64,000 bases of DNA from Candidatus Omnitrophota bacterium (GCA_016930485.1 JAFGGP010000013.1:217157-281156), one strand, 5' to 3'. Counted from the stretch's first letter, positions 10,207 to 21,802 are shown. The notes: generated from the letters alone by a model not told the origin. Made by a program: numbers and translations.

Positions 10207-12348
10207 TTAAAACTGCTCGTTTTGCTCTTTTCCCATCACCAAAAGCGATAAATCTGCAATGTGCCCCGTATAGAGCGTGTTGATCGCCTTCATGAGTGCG
10301 AGTCGATTCTCCCGCAGGCGCTGGTCATCCACGTTGATCAGCACCTTATCGAAAAAGACATGCACTATCCCATAGAGAGAGCTTCCGTACAGTTCGGTCG
10401 CCCGCTTATAATCGCCTCCTGCACATAACTCGAGGAAACCGTTGCGGCATCCTTTGTACGCCGAAAAGAGCTCGTGCTCTAATGACTCTGAGAAACATTC
10501 GGGGCTGGGGGCCCCTATCGCTTCCGAAGATGTGCCCTTGAGGATATTATTGGTCCTTTCGACCACCTTCCAACTCTTTAAAAAATAATCCTCATTGAGA
10601 ACGCCTTTTATCAGTTTTATTTTTGCGAAGGCCCCTGCTATATCGTCCAATCCCCCTGCAATGACTGCGTCGACCACATCATACCGAAAACGATCCTGTA
10701 AAAAACGGCTTCTGGATCGTTCGACAAAAAACTCCCGAAGCTGCCCTGCCACTGTCTGCATATCGGTCTTTATGACCGCCCCGTACAGTTCCAGCACCTT
10801 TTCCAGCAGGCCGCCCAGCGAGAAACTGAGGTGGTTATGCAGGACGATGGAAACAAACCCGCTCCCCGCACGTCTGATGCCATAGGGATCGGCGCTGCCG
10901 GTAGGCATGATACCCACGGCAAAGCAGCCGATGATTAAATCCAGTTTATCGATCAGCGAAAGAAAAGTACCAACCTGCGTCCTGGGCAGAATTCCCTGCT
11001 GGGTTTTTGGCAGGTACTGTTCGCTTATCCCCGATGCCACCGCATGGTCTTCCCCGCCGGCCATTGCATAGTATAACCCCATGACCCCCTGCAAAGACGG
11101 AAACTCCCTTACTACATGCGACGTTAAATCAGACTTGGAGAGTTCGCAGGCGCGTTTGAGTCTCTCGGCAGTTTCGTCCGGTACGCACAAAGACTCGCAT
11201 ACAAGAGCGGCTATCGCCTTCATGCGCTCGGTCTTTTCATATACCGAACCAAGTTCCTGATGAAAAATCAGGTGCTTAAGCCGCTCCCTCATGAGAGAAA
11301 GCGGCGTCTTTAAATCCTCCCGGTAGAAAAACAGGCTGTCTGCAAGCCGTGCCTCAAGGACCTGCTGGTAATTCTTTCTTACCTCACTCAGCCTAAGTGG
11401 CCTTCCGTCGAGAACACCCAAAAACTTAGGAATAAGTTTTCCACGGCTTGTTTGTAACGCAAATAATCTCTGATACTTAGAAAGACTGCACAGCAGCACT
11501 TCTTTGGGTAACTCCAGAAAACGGGGGGCAAAATCTCCGCAGAACACGCAGGGGGCCTCGACAAGATGTGTCACCTCCTCGAGCAACCCTTCTTCAACAA
11601 TGACCTTGGCATTTTCCTTCGCCCCGATAGTATTTAGCTGGGTTACTATTTTCTGCTCTCGCTTTTTTGCATCCAGTATGGCCGATTCTGCCTGAAGCAG
11701 TTTAAAATAGTCTTTGATCGCAGAAACCCTTTTCTGCTGACCGGAAGCAAATGATCGCGGGTATGTCTCTCGCTGTGAGACCACCCCTGCTATCTCGCAA
11801 CGCAATACAGTATCATCAACAAGGGCAAGCAGCCATCGAATCGGACGAATAAATGCGACGCGTGTCCCACCGTCCCACCTCATATTCTTGGGAAGAGGCA
11901 GCCCCGTCACCATCGGAGGAATAAGCTCTGTAAGGAGCTCCCTTGTATCCCTGCCTTGTTCCAGCCGTTTGAGCGCCACGTATTCCCCCCGCGGGGTCTG
12001 GTGGATCTCCAGCTCAGACACATCAACGTTATGCGCCGTGGCAAAACCGCAGGCCTGCTGTGTCGGTCTGCCGGCAGAGTCAAAGGCCTTTGCGCGTGAT
12101 GGGCCCAGCACCGTTACCGTCTTGTCAGGTTGTTTGACAGAAACTCCTTTGGCATAAAGCACGAAACGCCGTGGGGTCCCGTAACCAACAACCTCCTTTG
12201 CCGTAATGTCATAACCACTAAGTGCGGCCGCAAAGGAACTGCGCATTTCCTGAGTAATAGAAACCACGCAACCGGACGGCACCTCCTCGCATCCTATCTC
12301 GAGAAGAAAATCCAATGTCCTTTTCTGGGGTCGCCTTTTTGTGGTCAT
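10207..12348 (-). CDS. glyS: glycine--tRNA ligase beta subunit
   Basis: 713 aa. Overlaps glyQ by 4 nt; [11 protein letters not shown] is an N-terminus typical of GlyS. Confidence 0.92.
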   Translation of the reverse strand: MTTKRRPQKRTLDFLLEIGCEEVPSGCVVSITQEMRSSFAAALSGYDITAKEVVGYGTPRRFVLYAKGVSVKQPDKTVTVLGPSRAKAFDSAGRPTQQACGFATAHNVDVSELEIHQTPRGEYVALKRLEQGRDTRELLTELIPPMVTGLPLPKNMRWDGGTRVAFIRPIRWLLALVDDTVLRCEIAGVVSQRETYPRSFASGQQKRVSAIKDYFKLLQAESAILDAKKREQKIVTQLNTIGAKENAKVIVEEGLLEEVTHLVEAPCVFCGDFAPRFLELPKEVLLCSLSKYQRLFALQTSRGKLIPKFLGVLDGRPLRLSEVRKNYQQVLEARLADSLFFYREDLKTPLSLMRERLKHLIFHQELGSVYEKTERMKAIAALVCESLCVPDETAERLKRACELSKSDLTSHVVREFPSLQGVMGLYYAMAGGEDHAVASGISEQYLPKTQQGILPRTQVGTFLSLIDKLDLIIGCFAVGIMPTGSADPYGIRRAGSGFVSIVLHNHLSFSLGGLLEKVLELYGAVIKTDMQTVAGQLREFFVERSRSRFLQDRFRYDVVDAVIAGGLDDIAGAFAKIKLIKGVLNEDYFLKSWKVVERTNNILKGTSSEAIGAPSPECFSESLEHELFSAYKGCRNGFLELCAGGDYKRATELYGSSLYGIVHVFFDKVLINVDDQRLRENRLALMKAINTLYTGHIADLSLLVMGKEQNEQF

Positions 12349-13208
12349 CTTACCTTCTCTTCTGAGGACTCTTTATCCTTAGAGTAACATTCGGCACATC
12401 TCTTCGCAACGGCCCTTACCCGGCCGATAAAGGTTGGCCGTTCCGTCGCGCTGATTGCGCCACGGGCATCAAGAATGTTAAATGCGTGCGACATCCTCAA
12501 GACATAGTGGTATGCGGGATACACAACCTCTTCCTTGAGCAGTCGCCGGGCCTGACGTTCATATTCGTCAAAGAGCGACAGATAAAACTGCGTATCCGCA
12601 AGTTCAAAATTAAACCGTGATCCTTCAATCTCTGCGGTGCGGTGAAGATCCCCGTATGTCAGGCAGTCATTCCACCTGAGCGCATAGATGTCATACACCT
12701 TTTGCAAAAACATGGAGATACGCTCTATACCATAGGTGATTTCCACCGGAATCACGGAAAGATTAATTCCGCCAACCTGTTGAAAATAAGTAAATTGTGT
12801 GATTTCGAGACTATCAAGCCATACCTCCCAACCTACCCCCCACGCCCCCAAGGTCGGTCCTTCCCAGTCATCTTCAACAAAGCGAATATCGTGATCCTTC
12901 AGGGCTATGCCAAGGTGTTTTAGGCTCTCCAGATAGAGGTGTTGCACATCGAGAGGAGCGGGTTTGAGAATAACCTGGTATTGATAGTAAAACTGGGCGC
13001 GCAAAGGGTTCGATGCATACCTCCCATCAGCAGGGCGATAACTGGGCTGCACATAGCCGCACCGCCAAGGCTCCTGGTCCAATGACCTGAAAAACGTTGC
13101 CGGATGGAATGTGCCCGCGCCCACTTCCATGGCAAGCGGCTGAAGAATAGCACAGCCCTGCTTTTTCCAGAAATCGTTCAGTCCCTGTATGACATCCTGG
13201 ACATTCAT
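12345..13208 (-). CDS. glyQ: glycine--tRNA ligase alpha subunit
   Basis: FWKKQGCAILQPLAMEVGAGTFHPATF and other class II GlyQ signatures. 287 aa. Confidence 0.95.
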   Translation of the reverse strand: MNVQDVIQGLNDFWKKQGCAILQPLAMEVGAGTFHPATFFRSLDQEPWRCGYVQPSYRPADGRYASNPLRAQFYYQYQVILKPAPLDVQHLYLESLKHLGIALKDHDIRFVEDDWEGPTLGAWGVGWEVWLDSLEITQFTYFQQVGGINLSVIPVEITYGIERISMFLQKVYDIYALRWNDCLTYGDLHRTAEIEGSRFNFELADTQFYLSLFDEYERQARRLLKEEVVYPAYHYVLRMSHAFNILDARGAISATERPTFIGRVRAVAKRCAECYSKDKESSEEKVR

Positions 13209-13987
13209 GTCTCCACACCTTCTCGATAAAACTGTCTAATAACCGGGATACTCTTCAGGGGGAAATCCAGGTGATAATCGATAAAACGGCGTATCATGCG
13301 AACGGCATCTCTATTCTCTCCCGACCTTTCGTAAAGCCTTTCGAGAAGAGCTACCGAAAAATCACCCTCCATCGCACCATCTGTTATGGCCTGAATGCCC
13401 GAGCAGGCATGTCGGGTTGTCGCGATGCCGTTATATACCGGCGAAGAACACGTGTGACAGTATACGTTTCCTTTCGCCACATCAAACGTCACCGGCTCAA
13501 CGTCATACCCCATGCATCCTCCGCACCGATTTACATGGGGTAAAATCCCGAGAGACTTCAGGAGTCTCACCTCAAAAACATGCGTCAAGAATACATATCG
13601 TTGGGTTTCCCGCAAGGCCCTCAATGCGTTTCTGAGCAGATGAAAAATGTCGGGGTGAGGGTCGCCGAATGCGGTAAATCTATCAACGATCTCGACAAAA
13701 TAAGCGCCAAAGGCCGTCTTTTTCGGATCCCGCCTTACTCCTCCAAAATCATCCATCAGGTCAACCTGGCCGATTAACCCGAGATCACTCCTGTGACGCT
13801 CGTATACTACCAGTGCATTGAGCGTCATTATCTCAAGGGGGCTGCCGTACTTAAACGGATATCCCTTAACCCCCTTGATAATGCCTTTGATCTTGCCGAG
13901 TCTGTCGGTATAGCAGTTAAGCAAAAAACTTGTATCGCGAAAATCGTCCTTACGTAATATAATCGCCTGTACGGACTGTATCGGCAC
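13205..13987 (-). CDS. recO: DNA repair protein RecO
   Basis: N-terminal OB-fold pattern (AIILRKDDFRDTSFLLNCYT...GKIKGIIKGVK) and a Cys4 zinc motif (CGGC...CHTC). Confidence 0.85.
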   Translation of the reverse strand: MPIQSVQAIILRKDDFRDTSFLLNCYTDRLGKIKGIIKGVKGYPFKYGSPLEIMTLNALVVYERHRSDLGLIGQVDLMDDFGGVRRDPKKTAFGAYFVEIVDRFTAFGDPHPDIFHLLRNALRALRETQRYVFLTHVFEVRLLKSLGILPHVNRCGGCMGYDVEPVTFDVAKGNVYCHTCSSPVYNGIATTRHACSGIQAITDGAMEGDFSVALLERLYERSGENRDAVRMIRRFIDYHLDFPLKSIPVIRQFYREGVET

Positions 13988-14006
13988 CTCATTCTCCTGC
14001 CCCGGG

Positions 14007-14633
14007 CTACTCTGTCAGCGCATCAGGTCTTACGGCGCCGCCGGAAATAATTAGCTTCATTGCCTCTTCTACGGTCATATCAAGATATATAATTTCTTCC
14101 TTTGGTGCAAGTAAAAAAATACCGCTCGTAGGATTGGGGCTTGTGGGGATGTAGATCGATATCATATCCCGCTGGATGTGCTTATCGACTTCCCGGGGTG
14201 CACCTCCGGTAACAAACCCGATTGCATAACTCTCTTTCCGAGGATATTCAATCAAAACAGCCGCATTAAAAAACTCCTTGTTGCCCCCGAAAAGGGAGCT
14301 GCTCAGCTGCTTCATCGCAGTATAGACCTTACCGATAAGCGGCAACTTAAAAAAAGCGCGTTCGAAGATGCCGAGGATCTTCTTCACAAACAAGATACGG
14401 ACCAGTGCCCCGATTAACGTAATGCCCGTAATAACACACACAAAGATAATGGCGCGCGCCGCCAAAAGCATCAGCGTCTCATCGCCTAAATAAGGACTGA
14501 TCAATACCGCGAATGGTTCGAGAAGGATGGTATTGAGAGAGACGACCAGAAACTTGAGCACGAAATACGTCCCCATGATCGGCAAGATCACCAAGAGCCC
14601 GGCAATAAAACTATTTCTGATTTTTGCTATCAT
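14007..14633 (-). CDS. DUF502 family membrane protein
   Basis: Two N-terminal TM helices followed by IEYPRKESYAIGFVTG...IPTSPNPTSGIFLL...EEAMKLIISGG. Start taken at MIAKIRN (the track ORF starts at 14654). Confidence 0.8.
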   Translation of the reverse strand: MIAKIRNSFIAGLLVILPIMGTYFVLKFLVVSLNTILLEPFAVLISPYLGDETLMLLAARAIIFVCVITGITLIGALVRILFVKKILGIFERAFFKLPLIGKVYTAMKQLSSSLFGGNKEFFNAAVLIEYPRKESYAIGFVTGGAPREVDKHIQRDMISIYIPTSPNPTSGIFLLAPKEEIIYLDMTVEEAMKLIISGGAVRPDALTE

Positions 14634-15057
14634 AGAACTTCTCCAGAAGAACACGTTGCAGTGCTTTCATCTCCCTTGAGGCTGCCTGCGTTGTATCATC
14701 AAAGCCGAGTAAATGCAAAATACCGTGAATGGCGTAGAGCGCGACCTCGCGAAAAAAGGGGATCTGGCGAATCTGTGCCTGTGCGGCAGCCTCCTCAACC
14801 GAAATAACCACATCCCCCAAGAGCTCAACCGCCGCACCTCTCGGAGGAGCGCCCTGAGGAAACGCGATGACGTCGGTCGGACTGCTCTCATGCAGATAGG
14901 CACGGTTTAAGCGGACGATCTCCTTGTTATCGACAAGCACAATGCAGAGCTCTGTCTCTGATTTGCCGTACTCGGCAAGGACCGAGGCGGCAACCTGTCG
15001 CAACTGCCGTGCGGGTACCTTATAGCGGCTCTGGGTATTTCTTATCACCACGGCCAT
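14611..15057 (-). CDS. ybeY: rRNA maturation RNase YbeY
   Basis: Metal-binding motif HGILHLLGFDD. 148 aa, in the conserved phoH-HD-ybeY context. Confidence 0.92.
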   Translation of the reverse strand: MAVVIRNTQSRYKVPARQLRQVAASVLAEYGKSETELCIVLVDNKEIVRLNRAYLHESSPTDVIAFPQGAPPRGAAVELLGDVVISVEEAAAQAQIRQIPFFREVALYAIHGILHLLGFDDTTQAASREMKALQRVLLEKFYDSKNQK

Positions 15058-17311
15058 TTTTCGTATGCTTCACTGCAGTACTGTCGTCGTTGGTTGGCTC
15101 AGTCTTTTTTTGTTTCGGCGATTGTCCTCTCATTTCGGGATAGTCGATCCTGGAATGGTAGATCCCACCGAGCACATGGAGAAAACTGTCGGCTATGTTA
15201 TGAAGATCCCTCAGTGTAAGGGTGCACTCGTCGAGCTGTCCGTCGATAAATTTATTATTAATGATCTTGCGGACCAGCCCCTTTAGGCTTGCCGGGGTCG
15301 GGTCATCAAGTGCCCGGGATGCCGCCTCAACCGAATCCGCCAGAAGCACGATAGCTGCTTCGCGCGTCTGCGGCTTTGGTCCGGGATACCGGAAGCTCTC
15401 CTCCGAAATCGTCACTTCATCCTCCGGTTTTACCTTCTGCAGGGCACGCTGATAAAAAAACGACGCAAGGCTCGTGCCGTGATGCTGTGCCATCAACTCC
15501 GTAATGGCGTAGGGCAAACGGAATTTGCGTGCTATCTCCAGGCCTGCCTTGACATGCTGAATGATAATCAGACTGCTCATCGAAGGGGCCAGCTTCGCGT
15601 GTTTTGACTCTTTATTGATGGGTTGATTTTCGGAAAAATATTCTGCCTTGTCAATTTTTCCGATATCGTGAAAATAGGCCGCTACCCGCGCCAAAAGCGA
15701 GTTTGCGCCAACGGCATCACAGGCCGCCTCAACAAGGTTCCCGACCAAAAGGCTGTGATGATAGGTGCCTGGTGCCTTGACAATCATCTCTTTGAGAACA
15801 GGATGGTTTAGATCGGCAAGCTCAAGAAGGCTGATGTTGGTGGTAACTTTAAATACATGTTCAAAAACAGGCAGGATGCCCGTCACGATAATCGCGGCAA
15901 CAATCCCGCTGATACACCCCCATGCCCCTTCAAGACCCACAAATGACATATCCGCATTATGCACCAATCCCAAGGCCCCGATAGCAAGAAACTGTGTCGC
16001 GCCCACAAGGAGACCGCTCCTCAAGACATGGGATCTGATGCGGGCCTTGCGGATGCTGTACACCGCAGCAACCCCGCCCAGGAAGGCTACTACAAAAACC
16101 GAAAAACTCTCCCCCGCAATAAAACTATTAAGCAACGCCAGAATGACCGTAAAGATAATTCCGACCGAACTATTGATGAGCAACGTTGTCAACATCGACC
16201 CGATAGAGGTGGGTATAAGATAGCTGGGGAAGGGAGACAGGGTAAGCATCCTGGCTATAACCGTAACCACAAGCCCGATAATGCCCAACAATAAAATATA
16301 GCGGTTGTCTCTCAGGATAACAGGCATAAAAATCTTGAGATACAGCATAAATGAAAAACTCAGGAGCGAGACAAAAATACAGATCCCCAGAAGAAGCAGA
16401 TAGCGGTTATCGTTCGACTGTCCCAGGCTCAATACATCCAATTTTTCAATCTGCTCTTTCGTGATGCGTTCCCCTTTTTGTACGATGACCTCGTTTTTCT
16501 TAACCTGCACATACTGATACACCGGCGCGACGCCATCGGCAACATTTTGCTTCCTTGCCTGCGTCTCCATGTCATTAAAACGGATGGTCGGTCTTATAAA
16601 CGTCTCCATAAGCTCTGATATCATCGACCGAAGACGCCAGCTGTCGGGGATATATTTCTTGATAAGGTCGTTCTTGATGTTCTTCGGGAAACCGGCGACA
16701 CTGAAGATATCTGCCACGGCAACCACCTTCTCTCCGTTGCCCCGGGGATCGCGCACTATGCATTCTTTGACACCATCCGAAAGCAAATCAACCTTGTCTT
16801 TTTCGTAGGTGACAGGGGTGGAGAACAACTCCTCAAGGAGAAGAACGATCTTGGGCGCCAGCTCATCCGCCTTCTCCAGTCTCAGAAAGGAACGAAAGAC
16901 CGGATCGAGCTGCTCTTCGAGCACCGTCCCCTGACTCGGTTGCGCAATAATCTGTGCAATAAGAGAAAACTCCCGGCGCACCTTCTCCACAACACTCTCG
17001 AGAGAGGCCAGATCGACATCAAAGACGGGAAGCACCTCTCGGGTTGCCTTCAACCTGAGCGCCTCGGTCTGCTCCTCGTCAATCCCCGAAAGATACCGAA
17101 AATCATACGGAGAGTAAATGCTCCTTAAGGCGATATCTCCTTCATGTAACTCATAGCCCGGCAGGCGCTTTCCGAAAAAGAGCACCAGAATAATGCCTCC
17201 GCAGACAAATACCCCGACAACGACATGCACAAAAATCTGCCACTGCCCTTTTCCCTTCTGCGGTACGGCACCGACCTTTTTCGCTGGCTGCGTCTTTTTA
17301 TTTTTTATCAT
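15020..17311 (-). CDS. 7TM-HD (HDIG) membrane phosphohydrolase, PgpH-like
   Basis: N-terminal extracytoplasmic region, seven-helix block, then an HD domain (YHHSLLVGNL...AAYFHDIGK). Start taken at MIKNKKT (the track ORF starts at 17413). Confidence 0.85.
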   Translation of the reverse strand: MIKNKKTQPAKKVGAVPQKGKGQWQIFVHVVVGVFVCGGIILVLFFGKRLPGYELHEGDIALRSIYSPYDFRYLSGIDEEQTEALRLKATREVLPVFDVDLASLESVVEKVRREFSLIAQIIAQPSQGTVLEEQLDPVFRSFLRLEKADELAPKIVLLLEELFSTPVTYEKDKVDLLSDGVKECIVRDPRGNGEKVVAVADIFSVAGFPKNIKNDLIKKYIPDSWRLRSMISELMETFIRPTIRFNDMETQARKQNVADGVAPVYQYVQVKKNEVIVQKGERITKEQIEKLDVLSLGQSNDNRYLLLLGICIFVSLLSFSFMLYLKIFMPVILRDNRYILLLGIIGLVVTVIARMLTLSPFPSYLIPTSIGSMLTTLLINSSVGIIFTVILALLNSFIAGESFSVFVVAFLGGVAAVYSIRKARIRSHVLRSGLLVGATQFLAIGALGLVHNADMSFVGLEGAWGCISGIVAAIIVTGILPVFEHVFKVTTNISLLELADLNHPVLKEMIVKAPGTYHHSLLVGNLVEAACDAVGANSLLARVAAYFHDIGKIDKAEYFSENQPINKESKHAKLAPSMSSLIIIQHVKAGLEIARKFRLPYAITELMAQHHGTSLASFFYQRALQKVKPEDEVTISEESFRYPGPKPQTREAAIVLLADSVEAASRALDDPTPASLKGLVRKIINNKFIDGQLDECTLTLRDLHNIADSFLHVLGGIYHSRIDYPEMRGQSPKQKKTEPTNDDSTAVKHTKNGRGDKKYPEPL

Positions 17312-18266
17312 TTTTATCCTGATCCAGTTCTGCGTATGCCCGGATAATCCTCTGCACCAACTCATGGCGCACAACGTCCTCTCCGGAAAAATAACTAAAT
17401 GCGATCCCGTCAATGGTCTTCAAAATCCGCTGCACCTGTATCAATCCTGACTCCTTCCCCACCGGGAGGTCGCTTTGCGTAATATCGCCCGTGATAACCG
17501 CCTTTGAATCAAAGCCGAGACGCGTCAAAAACATCTTCATCTGCTCGGGGGTGCTGTTCTGGGCCTCGTCCAAAATAATAAATGAATCGTTCAGGGTTCG
17601 CCCCCTCATATAGGCCAGTGGCGCCACCTCGATAATGCCACGCTCGAGACACTGCTGGATCTTATTGATCTCCATCATATCGTAGAGTGCATCGTATAAG
17701 GGACGCAGATATGGGGTTACCTTATCGTGCATATCACCCGGCAAAAAACCCAGGCTCTCTCCCGCCTCGACCGCCGGGCGCGTGAGGATAATACGGCTTA
17801 CCTGTCCCCGTTTGAGATGGCAAACGGCCATTGCCATAGCCAGGTATGTCTTGCCGGTACCTGCGGGACCGATTGCAAACACAATGTCATACTGCCGCAT
17901 GAGATCCACATAGCGCTTTTGTCCTTCGGTCCTCGGGGCGACATACCGTTTTTTTGACCACACCTCAATGGTATCCGAATATATCTCATGTAATGTGGTG
18001 TGCGCAATGTGTTCCATGGTCTTAATGGCGTACTCGATATCCTGTCTGTGCAGCGGTAGCCCTCTTCTTCCTATCTCGATCAACTCCACGATAAAGTTCT
18101 TTGCCTTCTTAAGTTGTAACTCGCTGTCCGCCTTGATCTTCAGCATCCTACCGCGGGCAACAATATCAACGGAAAGTTCCCTCTGGATAAGCCGGATGTT
18201 CTCATCGTAGGGGCCAACCAGCAAGCGCAAATCATCATCCGTCCCTAGTTCGATAATCTCTTCCAT
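17298..18266 (-). CDS. phoH: PhoH family ATPase
   Basis: Walker A GPAGTGKTYLAMA and FIILDEAQN. 322 aa. Confidence 0.92.
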   Translation of the reverse strand: MEEIIELGTDDDLRLLVGPYDENIRLIQRELSVDIVARGRMLKIKADSELQLKKAKNFIVELIEIGRRGLPLHRQDIEYAIKTMEHIAHTTLHEIYSDTIEVWSKKRYVAPRTEGQKRYVDLMRQYDIVFAIGPAGTGKTYLAMAMAVCHLKRGQVSRIILTRPAVEAGESLGFLPGDMHDKVTPYLRPLYDALYDMMEINKIQQCLERGIIEVAPLAYMRGRTLNDSFIILDEAQNSTPEQMKMFLTRLGFDSKAVITGDITQSDLPVGKESGLIQVQRILKTIDGIAFSYFSGEDVVRHELVQRIIRAYAELDQDKNDKK

Positions 18267-18327
18267 ATCGTTGTCCCCAGCCCCCTGCCGCCCCGGTTCC
18301 TGCTCTATCGCTCATGCGCACAGGGCA

Positions 18328-18567
18328 CTATTGGATCTGTTTGTCAGACGGCTTTTCCATCGGTCCAACATCAACCTCTATCTCGATTAACTGCCACGGT
18401 TTTTGCTGGCGTACCTCATACTCGGGGGGCGGTGTCCCCATAAGGTAACCGCGATTTCCCGAGATCTCTTGATCAGAGCGCTCCAGTTCAACGTAGCTCA
18501 CCGACGTAGCGCACCCGGCTAACATAACTAACAAACTACACACCGCACATATTCGAATACCCAACAC
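18328..18567 (-). CDS. small lipoprotein, function unknown
   Basis: Lipobox LAGC (MLGIRICAVCSLLVMLAGC). GTG start with GGAGG 7 nt upstream. Confidence 0.6.
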   Translation of the reverse strand: MLGIRICAVCSLLVMLAGCATSVSYVELERSDQEISGNRGYLMGTPPPEYEVRQQKPWQLIEIEVDVGPMEKPSDKQIQ

Positions 18568-18635
18568 AGTCCACCTCCTTTGCTAACACAGCCTTTTTTG
18601 AATGGTCTTGTCTGTGCATTCTCACCACGTATATC

Positions 18636-20030
18636 TCATGCAAGACGGATATGTAATTCCCTCAGCTGTTTTGCCGCCACATCGGACGGCGCCTTACTGA
18701 GAGGACAGATTGCATTCTGCGTCTTGGGAAAGGCGATAACATCCCTGATGCTCTCACAGCCGCACAGCAACGCAAGCAACCTATCCAGACCGGGTGCTAT
18801 GCCGCCATGGGGCGGGGCTCCGTAGTCAAAGGCATCCAGCAGGAATCCAAACCGCTGGCGCGCCTCTTCGTCCTCAAGACCGATGAGCGAGAAGATTTTT
18901 TCCTGAAGAGCCCTCTCATGGATCCTGATGCTGCCCGAACCGATCTCCACGCCGTTCAGCACAAGATCGTAGGCACGCGACCTGACCTTCGCCGGGTCGT
19001 TCTCCAATAACGGGATATCCGCCGGATGAGGGGCGGTAAACGGATGATGGAGACTCACCCATCGTTTCTCTTCTTCGGAAAACTCAAAAAGCGGGAATTC
19101 GGTAACCCACAGAAAGGCAAAGGGCGCCTGATCGGTTTTGAGATTGGGCTTGTCGCTGCCGTGTTTCTCCATCGCCTCTGCATATGACATACGGGGAAAC
19201 GGGGTCTCCAGATCGCTGCCGAGCACCTCTTTGAAGATCTCTGCCATCAATCCTTCAACCAGACGATAAATATCCTCCTCGGTAATAAACGACATCTCAA
19301 TATCGATCTGGGTAAACTCCGGCTGTCTATCGGCACGAAGATCCTCGTCACGAAAACAGCGGGCTATCTGAAAATACCTCTCTATGCCGGCAACCATTAA
19401 AAGCTGCTTAAAAAGCTGGGGCGACTGGGGCAGCGCATAAAACTTCCCCGGGTTGAGCCGGCTCGGCACCAGATAATCCCGTGCCCCCTCGGGGGTACTC
19501 TTGGTAAGGATGGGGGTCTCCACCTCTAGAAACCCGAGTCTGTCAAGATAGCGCCTGGTCACAAAGGAGACCTTGTGCCTCATCAGCAAATTGCGAAACA
19601 TAAGCGGGCGCCGTAAATCCAGAGCACGGTAAGCAAGGCGCACTTCCTCGGTGGCGGTCGCCTCCTCTTCAAGCTCAAAAGGAGGCACCTTGGACGCATT
19701 GAGCACCGTGACATCCTCCACGGCAATCTCAACGGTGCCGGTAGGTATCTTATCGTTTATCGTCCCTTTCGGGCGACGCGCGACCGTACCCTCTACCGCA
19801 ATAAGAAACTCGCTCCGCAGGGTATCGGCCCGTTCCATCAGATCACTGTCTTTTCTGGGAAAAAAAACAAGCTGTGTTATCCCCTCGCGGTCGCGCAAAT
19901 CGATAAATATCAGTTTTCCATGATCTCTTCTTTTATGCACCCATCCAATAAGAGTAACGCGGTTGTCAATATCCGCCTCTCTCAGGCCCCCGCAACTATG
20001 TGTCCTGACATGCTCCATGCTCCCCGGCAC
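18636..20030 (-). CDS. aspS: aspartate--tRNA ligase, bacterial type but lacking the GAD insertion domain
   Basis: Bacterial-type motif 2 region [25 protein letters not shown] and C-terminus [10 protein letters not shown]...FPKT. It is only 464 aa: GSDKPNL is joined to [11 protein letters not shown] by about 10 residues. Confidence 0.9.
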   Translation of the reverse strand: MPGSMEHVRTHSCGGLREADIDNRVTLIGWVHKRRDHGKLIFIDLRDREGITQLVFFPRKDSDLMERADTLRSEFLIAVEGTVARRPKGTINDKIPTGTVEIAVEDVTVLNASKVPPFELEEEATATEEVRLAYRALDLRRPLMFRNLLMRHKVSFVTRRYLDRLGFLEVETPILTKSTPEGARDYLVPSRLNPGKFYALPQSPQLFKQLLMVAGIERYFQIARCFRDEDLRADRQPEFTQIDIEMSFITEEDIYRLVEGLMAEIFKEVLGSDLETPFPRMSYAEAMEKHGSDKPNLKTDQAPFAFLWVTEFPLFEFSEEEKRWVSLHHPFTAPHPADIPLLENDPAKVRSRAYDLVLNGVEIGSGSIRIHERALQEKIFSLIGLEDEEARQRFGFLLDAFDYGAPPHGGIAPGLDRLLALLCGCESIRDVIAFPKTQNAICPLSKAPSDVAAKQLRELHIRLA

Positions 20031-21303
20031 TCCTTTCTTTCAAAAAGGGAATCAGCCGCTCCTGTTGAATGCTCTCCTGAACCCCTTGCCCCATATCCTT
20101 GACCGTAACCGTACCGCCTCTGATCTCGTCTTCTCCGAGAATAATCACAAAACGAGCCGCCGCCTTCCCTGCCTGCCGCATCTGCGCCTTAAGTGACTTG
20201 CCCTCAAAGTCCATATCACACATCACCCCGTTAGTCCTAAGTTGGTAAAGAAGAATAAAGGCGCTGTCACACGCTTCTAGCGAGGTGGTTACCAGAAAGG
20301 CATCGGGTGTTTTTTTTGTCTCCCCGGACAGAAAGTGTGCACTCGCCAATAACAATCTTTCCAGACCGATCGCAAAACCAACGGCCCCTACCCGCTCGCC
20401 ACCCAGTTGGGATATTAATGCGTCATATCTGCCTCCGGCGGCAACCGCATCTTGAGCACCCAGTTGAGGCAGTGTCATCTCAAAAACGGTCTTTGTGTAA
20501 TAATCCAATCCCCTGACTAAATGAGGCTCCTTTGTATATGTCACCCCTGCGCAGGAAAGAAGGGCTATCACCCTATTAAAATGTTTCGTGCACCCATCGC
20601 AGATCCACCGGTCCCATTCGGGAAGTGCATCGATAACCTTCCTGCATTCCGGCTTCTTGCAGTCCAGAATCCTTAAGACATTCCCTTGGAGACGCTGGGT
20701 GCAATCGTCGCATAATGCACTGCGCTCTTTCGTCAATATCCTGCGCAACCGATCGGTTATAAGGCGCCTGTCATCAAGGCAGCCGATATTATTTACGGCA
20801 AGCCTCCATGCCTCAATACCTAGGGAATGCATTATGTTACAAAGCAATAGTATTGCTTCGGCATCGTAATAATGACTATCTGAGCCAATAAGCTCAACAC
20901 CGGCCTGGTGAAACTGGCGTTGCCGCCCGCGCTGAGGCCGCTCGGCCCGAAACATAGGGCCTATGTAATACCACTTTACAACACCGTGGGTCTTGGCAAA
21001 GCCATGCTCAATATAGGTCCTTGCTATGGAAGCGGTTGCCTCAGGCCTCAGGGCAAGTTGCCGCTCAGAGCGATCGGCAAACTCATACATTTCTTTATTG
21101 ACAATATCGGTTGCCTCACCGATCGCCCGGGAAAAAAGCCCTGCCTCCTCTACGAGAGGTGTTCGTATCTCCCGATAACAAAAAGACTCAAAGTGTGCGC
21201 GCAGGAGCCATTCGATCCTCTGCCAGTGATAGACCTCATCAGGCAAAATATCTTTCATGCCCCTGACGCCTTTAGGTAATAGTGGGTAGGACCCCTTCTT
21301 CAT
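19996..21303 (-). CDS. hisS: histidine--tRNA ligase
   Basis: [23 protein letters not shown] is a typical HisRS start; class II motifs and GGRYD are present. The track ORF extends to 21369 across the HU terminator, so the ATG at 21303 is preferred. Confidence 0.9.
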   Translation of the reverse strand: MKKGSYPLLPKGVRGMKDILPDEVYHWQRIEWLLRAHFESFCYREIRTPLVEEAGLFSRAIGEATDIVNKEMYEFADRSERQLALRPEATASIARTYIEHGFAKTHGVVKWYYIGPMFRAERPQRGRQRQFHQAGVELIGSDSHYYDAEAILLLCNIMHSLGIEAWRLAVNNIGCLDDRRLITDRLRRILTKERSALCDDCTQRLQGNVLRILDCKKPECRKVIDALPEWDRWICDGCTKHFNRVIALLSCAGVTYTKEPHLVRGLDYYTKTVFEMTLPQLGAQDAVAAGGRYDALISQLGGERVGAVGFAIGLERLLLASAHFLSGETKKTPDAFLVTTSLEACDSAFILLYQLRTNGVMCDMDFEGKSLKAQMRQAGKAAARFVIILGEDEIRGGTVTVKDMGQGVQESIQQERLIPFLKERSAGEHGACQDT

Positions 21304-21316
21304 AGGATGAGTACTT

Positions 21317-21345
21317 ATGCTATCATACGGCGGGCTTGTGGTCAA
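21317..21345 (-). promoter_or_regulatory. weak promoter candidate for hisS (near-leaderless)
   Basis: Minus strand TTGACC (21345-21340), 17 nt, TAGCAT (21322-21317), ending 13 nt before the ATG at 21303. No Shine-Dalgarno in between. Confidence 0.3.
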
Positions 21346-21379
21346 ATAAACCCCGTTAGATAGAGACAATCTAACGGGG
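21344..21379 (-). terminator. rho-independent terminator downstream of the HU gene
   Basis: 11-bp perfect stem ccccgttagat/atctaacgggg (21351-21361 / 21369-21379) with a 7-nt loop, followed on the minus strand by TTTATTT. Confidence 0.75.
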
Positions 21380-21484
21380 TGATGCAGAAAACCTGTTCTG
21401 CTTATAGCATCTTACCTTATGAATTGCCGCACGTCTGACGAGTCTGCCACAAGAAACGCATACGGTAGCTGTAAACCGGTGTTA

Positions 21485-21757
21485 TTAACTCACTTTATCC
21501 TTCATAATTAAACCGGGCTTAAAAACAGCTACTTTCTTCGGCGGAACAGGCACCTCATCCCCTGTCCTGGGGTTTCTTCCGGTCCGGCCGCGCCTGGATT
21601 TGGTCTTAAACACACCGAAGTTCCTGAGCTCTACACGCTCCCCCTTCGCCAAGGCATCGACGATATGGTCCAGGGTGCGCTGCACTACCTTCTTGACATC
21701 GACCTGTTTGATGCCGGTTTCATTGGCAACCTGTAATACAATGTCTTTCTTTGTCAT
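21485..21757 (-). CDS. HU/IHF family DNA-binding protein
   Basis: 90 aa. The arm region reads RNFGVFKTKSRRGRTGRNPRTGDEVPVPPKKVAVFKPG. Confidence 0.9.
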   Translation of the reverse strand: MTKKDIVLQVANETGIKQVDVKKVVQRTLDHIVDALAKGERVELRNFGVFKTKSRRGRTGRNPRTGDEVPVPPKKVAVFKPGLIMKDKVS

Positions 21758-21802
21758 TTTAGCCTATCCTCCTTTCTTTAAAAGGGGTTACAACTCAAAG
21801 GT

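Noticed and set aside
21304-21369. 22-codon N-terminal extension of hisS given in the ORF track
   Set aside because: The extension contains the strong 11-bp-stem terminator of the upstream HU gene. It starts at a TTG, whereas the ATG at 21303 gives a canonical HisRS N-terminus.
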